Source: a virus
Lineage: Duplodnaviria > Caudoviricetes
IMG/VR virus record: IMGVR_UViG_3300017777_001247
Span: 1-33,359 of that record
Length of the DNA stretch: 33,359 nucleotides
Direction: 5' to 3' (one strand)
A program made the position numbers and the translations under genes. Below, one piece after another: positions 8,260-14,700 of this stretch. The notes under the pieces were generated by a model. It worked only from the letters and a program-made list of their open reading frames with translations. It did not search any database and was not told where the DNA came from. Numbering within the stretch: the stretch's first letter is position 1; each line of letters begins with the position of its first letter.

Positions 8260-9162
8260 TCACTTGAGTAAGAAGCGGCGAGAACCTGCCGTTTCCGAGA
8301 CAAACTTTTCGTAAAGGTCGGGTTGTTGGGCTTGGAATAACTTAGCGTCGAATCGTTTGCTGCCTTTGCTGTTTTTCCATGTTGCGAGAACTTTTCCATC
8401 GTAAGATACTAGCTCACTCGACCATTGCATATGGTTTTGCAAAGCTGTTAAAAGGTGTTCTTCCTTTTCTTCTAGCCGCTTGATTTCTTCCTTAATGAAC
8501 TTGAGTGCTTCGGCTGCTTTCTCAATGGGCTGTATGGCAACGATAGATGTCCCAGCGTCTTGAGAATAAATAAGTTTTGTCTGCTCCGTGTTCTCTGGCT
8601 CAAGTGGCTGTTTGGTAGCGACTGCACTCCAGAAACGTGCCATATCCTTAATAAGCGATTCCTTTTGGGCTTCAGAAATTGTAAATTCAAACGTCTCAAA
8701 ATTCTGGCCGCCAAAGAGGACAGCGAGTACAATTTTCTCAACATTGTGAACTGCCGCTTCGTGGATAATTTGCGCCATGTCTGCCGGAGGGATAATGTTC
8801 GCTTCCGAATCAAACTTGTTGCGAACCGCTGCGTTGTAGTTTTTGGCTTCCACCAGCGTTTTGCCGTCAGCAGAGATAAAATCGAAATGTGATTTGAGCC
8901 ACGTTTCTTTCGGATGTGTAAGTGCATAGTCAGCGTCCTTTAATTCAATCTGTAGCTTGTCCTGCGCCAGTCTGCCAATTGTTGGCTGCATTACATGACC
9001 CATTTGGACAGCTTCCACTTGAGACAGGTCTGGACGCTCTTTCAAGCCTAGCTTTTCAAGAACAGCTTCATTGCCCCTGCCGTTGGCTGCTTTCCTACTG
9101 TCACCGCTCCACCATGCGCTATTGCGTACCTCTGGCGCGAAATCGTTCTGGTCATTTGCCAT
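8260..9162 (-). CDS. YqaJ-like viral exonuclease (lambda Exo family)
   Basis: GH..Q, SHFD and LVEAKN nuclease motifs; C-terminal SKRFD...PDLYEKF...SRRF. Confidence 0.9.
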   Translation of the reverse strand: MANDQNDFAPEVRNSAWWSGDSRKAANGRGNEAVLEKLGLKERPDLSQVEAVQMGHVMQPTIGRLAQDKLQIELKDADYALTHPKETWLKSHFDFISADGKTLVEAKNYNAAVRNKFDSEANIIPPADMAQIIHEAAVHNVEKIVLAVLFGGQNFETFEFTISEAQKESLIKDMARFWSAVATKQPLEPENTEQTKLIYSQDAGTSIVAIQPIEKAAEALKFIKEEIKRLEEKEEHLLTALQNHMQWSSELVSYDGKVLATWKNSKGSKRFDAKLFQAQQPDLYEKFVSETAGSRRFLLK

Positions 9163-9374
9163 TATTTATCTCCACAAGTTAGGAATAGTAATTCTGCGAA
9201 TAATTTAATAATTTTGTCCTGCTTACCTACTTCTGCTTCCAACGTTGCTACTTGGTCACGCAACTGCATATTTTCACTAAATAAACTCTGTAAATTCTTG
9301 TTCTGTGTTGCTTCAAATGGCCTAAGTAGGTCTTCTACGCTTAGTGCCTTTAGGCTCTCTATTGGGGTGTTCAT
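9162..9374 (-). CDS. Hypothetical coiled-coil protein
   Basis: GGAGA RBS; heptad pattern; coupled to neighbours. Confidence 0.7.
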   Translation of the reverse strand: MNTPIESLKALSVEDLLRPFEATQNKNLQSLFSENMQLRDQVATLEAEVGKQDKIIKLFAELLFLTCGDK

Positions 9375-9616
9375 TGGGTTTCTCCACGGATGTTAGGAAA
9401 TAGTGTGTCTGGAAATAGCGCAGCAAGGTCATAGGTGACAGGCTCCATTGGTTCAAACAATAGTGCTTCGGTCTTACATAATTGGGAATCAAGACGCATA
9501 ACTGCTGCGGCTTCTGTGCGGACACCGCCTTCAACTAGGTCAATGCCAGTTATGGGGTTGTGACACTTACGGCCTTTGAGATACTTACAGTCAATGCAGA
9601 GCTTTGGTTCACTCAT
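9371..9616 (-). CDS. Hypothetical Cys-containing protein (CxxC)
   Basis: AAAGGGG RBS; first gene after the promoter at 9652-9680. Confidence 0.75.
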   Translation of the reverse strand: MSEPKLCIDCKYLKGRKCHNPITGIDLVEGGVRTEAAAVMRLDSQLCKTEALLFEPMEPVTYDLAALFPDTLFPNIRGETQ

Positions 9617-9651
9617 TGTTTACCCCTTTGATGGTTAGGAAATACAGTAGG

Positions 9652-9680
9652 ACTATATACATTATTTGGATTATGTTCAA
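9652..9680 (-). promoter_or_regulatory. Sigma70-type promoter for the recombination operon
   Basis: TTGAAC-17 nt-TATAGT on the minus strand. Confidence 0.7.
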
Positions 9681-9710
9681 TATCTTTTTTCACCTCACTT
9701 TCTTTTAGTC

Positions 9711-9964
9711 ATAGCAAGGGCTACGTATAGGGATGATGATGAGTCATGCCGATACTTCAACCCATTGGTTGTCCGCATTAGTAATGCGTTCCGCTGCTTT
9801 ATTTATCGGGCGATGTTTCTCGTCATCCCTGACGCTCTCAATCAGCCTATTAGCCCGTTTATCGCTTGTGGCGGCACACTCGCGTACCCGTCCCCCTTAA
9901 TCAAGGTAAACCGCTTTTATCCCGTGCTGGCACAGTCAGGCCACTTGCTATCGTGCGGGGTACG
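9711..9964 (-). ncRNA. Putative large structured non-coding RNA with pseudoknot
   Basis: At least 9 complementary segment pairs, nested plus one crossing; no credible ORF; downstream of the promoter at 10092-10120. Confidence 0.6.
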
Positions 9965-9982
9965 GTAAACGCTTTGGGCAAT

Positions 9983-10085
9983 AAAAAAAGCCAGTTACAA
10001 CTGAGTCCGGTGATGGTTCCCCTCAATCGATGGGGAGACAGACTCATGTGTAACTGGCTTCTATTTATCGACCATCACGTCAACA
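9983..10085 (-). ncRNA. Leader/attenuator RNA (C4/CI-like architecture) ending in an intrinsic terminator
   Basis: Perfect 12-bp stem 9988-9999/10049-10060 followed by U7, with inner stems. The bulge ACCAUCAC is complementary to the 5' hairpin loop GUGAUG(GU). Confidence 0.65.
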
Positions 10086-10091
10086 AATGCG

Positions 10092-10120
10092 AATCTACGT
10101 GCGCGGGGGTGAATTGTCAA
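10092..10120 (-). promoter_or_regulatory. Strong sigma70-type promoter driving the non-coding region
   Basis: TTGACA-17 nt-TAGATT on the minus strand. Confidence 0.8.
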
Positions 10121-10230
10121 TCAGGAGGCGTTAAAAAAGTCCACAGAATCCATGCAACTATCGTCAAAAGCATTACGCCCATACCCATAAATATCCCCCC
10201 GACTAAAATTGTGAATAAACTAGCAAGCAT
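10117..10230 (-). CDS. Small single-TM membrane protein (37 aa)
   Basis: ATG at 10230 overlaps the end of the upstream ORF; almost entirely hydrophobic. Confidence 0.55.
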   Translation of the reverse strand: MLASLFTILVGGIFMGMGVMLLTIVAWILWTFLTPPD

Positions 10231-10462
10231 TTTTAGCTTTTTCTGCTTTGATTTCAGCAATAGGACGCCAACCGAACTTTCTCCAAGTGCGCGTGACATC
10301 AGTATTATTGGCAGGAATCCACTCTCGACCTTCTAAAATGCCTAAAGACGGACTAACAGAGCTTGCCAGTAATTCTACGTCTCTTATCGTCTCTAATCGT
10401 TTAAATACCCGATTCTGAACTTCTAGTTCAATATCAATCATTGCGTTTTTTAATTTACCCAT
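10220..10462 (-). CDS. Hypothetical phage protein (TDVxxTWRKFGW motif)
   Basis: AAAGGGG RBS; motif recurrent in phage early regions. Confidence 0.75.
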   Translation of the reverse strand: MGKLKNAMIDIELEVQNRVFKRLETIRDVELLASSVSPSLGILEGREWIPANNTDVTRTWRKFGWRPIAEIKAEKAKNAC

Positions 10463-10491
10463 GTTTAAACCCCTTTAAACGGCGTATACGG

Positions 10492-10544
10492 CGATTAAAT
10501 AGGGTTACCCATAGTCAGGTAACCCTATACAGATTAAACGTCTC
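10492..10544 (-). repeat. Intergenic hairpin element, copy 1 (copy 2 at 10795-10846)
   Basis: Conserved flanks GAGACGTTTAATCTGT and CCTATTTAATCG around an 11-bp stem. Confidence 0.8.
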
Positions 10545-10758
10545 AGATTGGCATTTTGTCGGCCATACCTGCTATTTCATTCTTTTTAACGTCCCTGCCT
10601 AAAAAGCTAATAAAGGCATATTGAAGGGAACCTTTAACGTCATTAGACCAAACGCTAAACCATCGTTCATTACCTTTATTGTCAACAAGTTGCCAGTCGG
10701 TTGTGCCATGTAAATAGGCCTTTACACAATTTTTACCATCAGCGTGAAATGCAATCAT
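10543..10758 (-). CDS. Hypothetical early protein
   Basis: GGGGG RBS; 71 aa ORF between the two hairpin elements. Confidence 0.7.
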   Translation of the reverse strand: MIAFHADGKNCVKAYLHGTTDWQLVDNKGNERWFSVWSNDVKGSLQYAFISFLGRDVKKNEIAGMADKMPI

Positions 10759-10794
10759 AAAACCCCCATAAAACGATTAGGAACACCCATAGGC

Positions 10795-10846
10795 CGATTA
10801 AATAGGCTAGCCAGTAGTTGACTAGCCTAAACAGATTAAACGTCTC
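10795..10846 (-). repeat. Intergenic hairpin element, copy 2
   Basis: Same flanks as 10492-10544, with a different but fully pairing stem. Confidence 0.8.
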
Positions 10847-11031
10847 TAAACAGTTTTAAAATAATCAATCCATGCCCTAATAATGTCCCAATTAATGCCA
10901 ATGGTTGCATCATGGTTCTTTTTGATTAGCTGTAAAACTTGTCTAGCTTCATCATTGGTTAATGAATCGTCAACTTCTTGAACGTCAGTAAAGTGCCAAT
11001 GAATAGATATTTCATCAGATAATTGAATCAT
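10846..11031 (-). CDS. Conserved small phage protein (W...DV...L...EA..VL...HDA..GINW)
   Basis: Start at ATG 11031 behind GGGGATAACC. Confidence 0.75.
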   Translation of the reverse strand: MIQLSDEISIHWHFTDVQEVDDSLTNDEARQVLQLIKKNHDATIGINWDIIRAWIDYFKTV

Positions 11032-11046
11032 GGTTATCCCCAAAGG

Positions 11047-11133
11047 TTAGAAAGAAAGCAAAACAAAGAAAAACAAGTAAACAAGTGCAGCACCGATAAG
11101 ACCAGCAAAGTATTCAAAGAATGTTTCAGGCAT
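11047..11133 (-). CDS. 28-aa membrane peptide
   Basis: AAGGGG RBS; MPETFFEYFAGLIGAALVYLFFFVLLSF. Confidence 0.6.
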   Translation of the reverse strand: MPETFFEYFAGLIGAALVYLFFFVLLSF

Positions 11134-11143
11134 GATTAACCCC

Positions 11144-11359
11144 TTAAAAAGTACAGCAGCCACAACAAGGTGCATCCTCACACCGACCCCTTGCGTTTTG
11201 AATATATTCTTTGTTTCCAATAACGTATAAATCAGAGAAGTCAGAACCACGGGTTTTCTGAACCAGCACAAGTTTTTTACCGTTATATTCGACCTTGTCA
11301 CCGGGCAATATCGCTTGACCCGTACGCTGGCATTGACCCCTATATTTTGCTATGAACAT
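11144..11359 (-). CDS. Small Cys-rich protein ending RCEDAPCCGCCTF
   Basis: AAGGGG RBS before ATG 11359; Cys cluster at the C-terminus. Confidence 0.75.
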   Translation of the reverse strand: MFIAKYRGQCQRTGQAILPGDKVEYNGKKLVLVQKTRGSDFSDLYVIGNKEYIQNARGRCEDAPCCGCCTF

Positions 11360-11372
11360 AATCAACCCCTTA

Positions 11373-12023
11373 TCAATGAATTTTATAAGATACGTTTGCA
11401 ATCTCACGGTTCCAACAGTCTCGACAATCTAAGCACTTATTCTCTTGAGCTGGTGCTTTGCAAGTAAAGCTAACAGTACTGACAACAGTTGACGTATTGC
11501 CTGAATAGGCTGGTGCTTTACCGTCAACCATTGCACCTGACAAACGTACACATAAGTTTTTAGGAAAGTCTCCGAAAAGCTCTCGAAATTGATAAATAAG
11601 CTTTTTTTCTTTTGTTGGTAGCCAAAAGTTAACATCCGGCAATCTATCGGCAATTCGTGCAATGTCTAGCAAGTGCTGGAATGATTGCAAGTCACCGGCA
11701 TCATGCCAGCGAAAATAAGTCTCTTTTGAGCTTGAAATAAGCTTGACCATACTATCAACCCAAGAGATTGACGAAAGACCGTTAAATCGCTTTGTATGAG
11801 CTTGGGTGACACTTGGGTATTGATAGTTTGCTTTTAACGCATAACAACCAAAGCAAACCGAGCCTTCAATCTTTGCGAGCTTTGCGCCTACATTGCAGAG
11901 CTTTGCAGAAATACCATAAGACAAGCCCGGCATTTTTGAAGGTTTACCCAATGAACCTGCAATATCGTTGGCAAGCTTTTTGGATAGTTTTGAAGGTGGT
12001 ACTGCAAATAGAATAGTTTGCAC
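11373..12023 (-). CDS. GP88-family (radical-SAM-like, Fe-S) phage protein
   Basis: SKMPG, C-x13-CxxCYA, FRWHDAGD, FWLPTKE, P.NL.VRLS and C-terminal CxxCxxCW motifs. Confidence 0.8.
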   Translation of the reverse strand: MQTILFAVPPSKLSKKLANDIAGSLGKPSKMPGLSYGISAKLCNVGAKLAKIEGSVCFGCYALKANYQYPSVTQAHTKRFNGLSSISWVDSMVKLISSSKETYFRWHDAGDLQSFQHLLDIARIADRLPDVNFWLPTKEKKLIYQFRELFGDFPKNLCVRLSGAMVDGKAPAYSGNTSTVVSTVSFTCKAPAQENKCLDCRDCWNREIANVSYKIH

Positions 12024-12053
12024 AATAAACCCCTGTTAGGAAAGAGTAGGAAA

Positions 12054-12077
12054 GCCAGTTAAGCACTGGCAAGCTTT
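12054..12077. repeat. 24-bp direct repeat containing a hairpin (copy 2 at 12365-12388)
   Basis: GCCAGTTAAGCACTGGCAAGCTTT is identical in both copies; GCCAGT/ACTGGC stem. Confidence 0.9.
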
Positions 12078-12079
12078 GT

Positions 12080-12250
12080 TTAATTGTCGTTTGCTAAGTT
12101 GTAAAAACCGTATGCCATTAGAGTTAAACCTGAAATACATAATGCAAGACAAGCATGAATAGATGCAGAACTAAGACAGGCTACGATTGTGAGAATGAAA
12201 AACATCATTGAAATTAAAATCAGAGCGGTAGAATCTTTGAAGTGAATCAT
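12080..12250 (-). CDS. 56-aa 2-TM membrane protein; not in the ORF track
   Basis: AAGGAA RBS; MIHFKDSTALILISMMFFILTIVACL... Confidence 0.65.
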   Translation of the reverse strand: MIHFKDSTALILISMMFFILTIVACLSSASIHACLALCISGLTLMAYGFYNLANDN

Positions 12251-12261
12251 TTTGTTTTTCC

Positions 12262-12339
12262 TTAAATAAAAAGTGTTAAAACTTTAAGAAATGATAAAGA
12301 TAGAACTATTACGACAACAGTATCTATGATTGATTGCAT
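12262..12339 (-). CDS. 25-aa membrane peptide; not in the ORF track
   Basis: GGAGAG RBS; MQSIIDTVVVIVLSLSFLKVLTLFI. Confidence 0.6.
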   Translation of the reverse strand: MQSIIDTVVVIVLSLSFLKVLTLFI

Positions 12340-12364
12340 GGTGCTCTCCGAAAGGTTAGGAAAT

Positions 12365-12388
12365 GCCAGTTAAGCACTGGCAAGCTTT
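12365..12388. repeat. 24-bp direct repeat, copy 2
   Basis: Identical to 12054-12077. Confidence 0.9.
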
Positions 12389-12391
12389 TGA

Positions 12392-12544
12392 TTAGATACC
12401 AGCCCAACGATTAGCTTGAACCGTATCGACTAAGCGGTAAACAGTAGCGTGGAATTTTGTTTCACCGTGGCGGTATGACTTGCTGAAACGAAAGCCAGTT
12501 AATTTCAAGGCTGGAACTAGAACCGCTGCTGTAAGTTTTCTCAT
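12392..12544 (-). CDS. 50-aa basic protein, first early gene; not in the ORF track
   Basis: GGAG RBS; MRKLTAAVLVPALKLTGFRFSKSYRHG...; directly downstream of a consensus promoter. Confidence 0.7.
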   Translation of the reverse strand: MRKLTAAVLVPALKLTGFRFSKSYRHGETKFHATVYRLVDTVQANRWAGI

Positions 12545-12588
12545 GATTTACTCCGGTTAGGTTAGGAATTTCTGTGCTGCTGATTACT

Positions 12589-12616
12589 ATTATATAGATT
12601 AGATAGGTTATGTCAA
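12589..12616 (-). promoter_or_regulatory. Consensus sigma70 early promoter
   Basis: TTGACA-16 nt-TATAAT on the minus strand with AT-rich upstream DNA. Confidence 0.85.
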
Positions 12617-13110
12617 CGGTAAATTATATTGTATTTATTTATTGAATACGTATAAACCATAGTATCTACATATCATAGTTACTATATATATATATAGTAA
12701 GGATATATCTATACATAATCTACTTATACTGTAAATGATATATATTAAGCATGCCTATTCTTTAAGCGGATAGGGTCAGTGATTGTTAACTCTCTCCCCG
12801 CTTGGATTTAACAATTGGCTTGGGGCATTGGGGCAGCATCAACTCTACGCATACACACTACTACTGGCAGTCTACTGGTCTACCACTGGCACTCATTGGG
12901 TATTGGGTAGGGGTAGACAGCTTGCATCTGATACCCAGTTCCTAGCTGGCTTTTCAATTGGTCTTCAAGGGCTTGGAGTGCGTGCCCCTTTCATCTTCCA
13001 CCCCAAAAAAAATATGTGTTTTTCTGTAGTTCTGATAATCTTTACTTGAATCGTTGTGATTCTCCTTCGGTGTTGGCTGCACATTGTTTCTCGCTTAGTG
13101 CAGTCATTTG

Positions 13111-13138
13111 GCCCATCTCTTGTAGGTGGGCTTTTTTT
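13111..13138 (+). terminator. Rho-independent terminator
   Basis: GCCCATCT-cttgt-AGGTGGGC followed by T7. Confidence 0.8.
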
Positions 13139-13159
13139 GCCTGTAAAAATGAGCTACGG

Positions 13160-13188
13160 TTTACCGCTGGCTTTTTTTCGTCTATAGT
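13160..13188 (+). promoter_or_regulatory. Possible rightward promoter for the late arm
   Basis: TTTACC-17 nt-TATAGT upstream of the RBS of 13215. Confidence 0.4.
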
Positions 13189-13214
13189 GTGTATATTGAT
13201 TAGGGGGGATAAAC

Positions 13215-13874
13215 ATGAGAGTTCTGATTAGGTCTACATACTCAAGCAACATTCAGGGGTTGCATGACACCTGTTCTCCGAACCACAGGGCGTACTGTGA
13301 GAAGTGGGGCTATGACTACAAGGCTGTTTACTTTGACTATGAGAACTACAACGGTGTAGTGATTGATGAGTTGAGGGATTTGTTAGAGGAATTGAAGGCG
13401 TATGACGTAGTGATGAGTGTTGGCATGGACACGTTGTTTATGAACCATGACATTAGGGTTAAGGATGTGTTTGAGCTTTGGGACAATGTTGTGGTGGCTA
13501 GGGAAGAAACGGGCTGGTGGCCTTTGAATAACGATGTGATGATTTATCGGTCTGGTCCGGCTAGAGGTGAGGTGTTAATAAACCGTATGATTAATGACTT
13601 TGACGTATGGAAACAATACCCGTGGCGACAGCAGACGCATTTATGGAACTTGATTCAAGAGGACAAGGTAATTAATAAGTTGGTGAGGTTGGTGCCAGCC
13701 AAGGAAATGAACCAACATCCAACACATTGGCAGCTTGGCGATTGGATAGTTCATTTCTACAACATGAGTCTTGAGGATAAGTTAGCCAATGCTAAGAACA
13801 TGCTGGAGCTTTTCCCTGACGGCAAACCCGTATGGAAGCAAAAGATGGACGGCTTGCGTCCCGGTGTTATTTAA
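13215..13874 (+). CDS. GT34 (GMA12/MNN10)-like glycosyltransferase
   Basis: NH.AYC.K.GYDY, YD.V...GMDTLFMN, LN..VM, W.QQ and W..GDWIVHF pattern; DxD is degenerate (GMD). Confidence 0.7.
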   Translation: MRVLIRSTYSSNIQGLHDTCSPNHRAYCEKWGYDYKAVYFDYENYNGVVIDELRDLLEELKAYDVVMSVGMDTLFMNHDIRVKDVFELWDNVVVAREETGWWPLNNDVMIYRSGPARGEVLINRMINDFDVWKQYPWRQQTHLWNLIQEDKVINKLVRLVPAKEMNQHPTHWQLGDWIVHFYNMSLEDKLANAKNMLELFPDGKPVWKQKMDGLRPGVI

Positions 13875-13883
13875 GGGGATGCC

Positions 13884-14087
13884 ATGATAGTTGAAAAGTC
13901 AGTGCCGTTACCTGAAGGCAAGAAAAGGTATCCGTACAAAGAGATGGACATAGGTGACAGCTTCTTTGTTGGGGAAGGAAAGTTGCAGGTGGTGTGTAAC
14001 GCCAATTACAGGGCATCTAAACGGTTAGGGATGCAGTTCATAGCGAGGAAAGAAGTGGAGGGGGTAAGGGTATGGAGAACAGCGTAG
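13884..14087 (+). CDS. Conserved small phage protein, probably DNA-binding
   Basis: YPY..M.IGDSFFV...GVRVWR motif. Confidence 0.75.
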   Translation: MIVEKSVPLPEGKKRYPYKEMDIGDSFFVGEGKLQVVCNANYRASKRLGMQFIARKEVEGVRVWRTA

Positions 14088-14266
14088 AAGATTATGACAG
14101 TGGCGTATTGAAGTTTAACGTAGACATGACGGTCGATACATTCTTTGACCAATATATTTTCTGGCGGCTTAAAGACGTATTGAGGTATGAGGAAGACCCA
14201 AGGATTCGTCGTGCGTGCCATGAACTGATAGCCTATATGAAAACACCGGAGAGTAATGATGACTGA
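14072..14266 (+). CDS. Hypothetical protein
   Basis: Part of an overlapping chain of ORFs upstream of terL. Confidence 0.6.
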   Translation: MENSVEDYDSGVLKFNVDMTVDTFFDQYIFWRLKDVLRYEEDPRIRRACHELIAYMKTPESNDD

Positions 14267-14465
14267 AGCAATAAACTACTTAATGCCTCTAGCAATGGAG
14301 GATGTGAAGAAAGCCTATATGGAAAAGGTCTACACGATGAGCCATGCAGAGCTGTTCCATGAATTGATGCGTGTCCATACTGAGTCGGCTAAGTTGCTGC
14401 GGGATGCTAACGATGAGACAGCAAGACTAAAAGATGCTCTTGAGCGACTCAGTACCCTTAACTGA
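14256..14465 (+). CDS. Hypothetical coiled-coil protein
   Basis: GGAGAG RBS; overlapping ORF chain. Confidence 0.65.
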   Translation: MMTEAINYLMPLAMEDVKKAYMEKVYTMSHAELFHELMRVHTESAKLLRDANDETARLKDALERLSTLN

Positions 14466-14700
14466 TAGGTACGCAGAAGAACTTCTGCTCTCCCGTACCA
14501 TCTTAAAGAATGAGATGCTACGGGCTACTAAGGCTATTACCATTTTAGATAAGCGCAAGCTTTTGCAAACGTGGGAGAAAATGTACAAGCCTGAGATAGT
14601 TGAGGAACTGCTACGTGTCGCTAAAGACAAGGATGCGCGGTACCGTATCGCTAACTGGAACTTAGAACAGTTCAGCACTGACCGACGAAAGTTTAAATGA
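14434..14700 (+). CDS. Hypothetical helical protein immediately upstream of terL
   Basis: ATGA overlap with the terminase start. Confidence 0.65.
   Translation: MLLSDSVPLTDRYAEELLLSRTILKNEMLRATKAITILDKRKLLQTWEKMYKPEIVEELLRVAKDKDARYRIANWNLEQFSTDRRKFK

Noticed and set aside
6485-10085. tRNA genes among the cloverleaf-like structures
   Set aside because: No T-loop GTTCRA or D-loop consensus and no acceptor-stem geometry found.
9666-10336. Plus-strand ORFs 9666..9968 and 9866..10336
   Set aside because: Antisense to the leftward arm, no RBS and no protein-like motifs; the region is better explained by minus-strand promoters and RNA structure.
10492-10846. Hairpin elements as integron attC sites or intrinsic terminators
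   Set aside because: No RYYYAAC/GTTRRRY ends and no integrase; only a short TATTT after the stem, so termination is doubtful.
5720-11407. Longest-ORF starts for 5720..6502, 6903..7274, 8040..8399, 10117..10299, 11047..11301 and 11144..11407
   Set aside because: The extensions overlap neighbouring genes or RNA elements; internal ATGs have a proper RBS or are coupled to the upstream gene.
11558-11568. Additional TTAGGAA matches inside coding regions (also near 6761 and the inverse at about 4848)
   Set aside because: Not positioned near a start codon, and partial matches are expected by chance; not counted as sRNA targets.
12054-12388. Palindromic 24-bp repeats as a mini-CRISPR array
   Set aside because: Only two copies, 287 bp apart with ORFs between them; no cas genes.
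12783-13231. ORFs 12783..13049 and 13016..13231
   Set aside because: Weak starts and no RBS; they run through repeats and a terminator, so they are likely non-coding.
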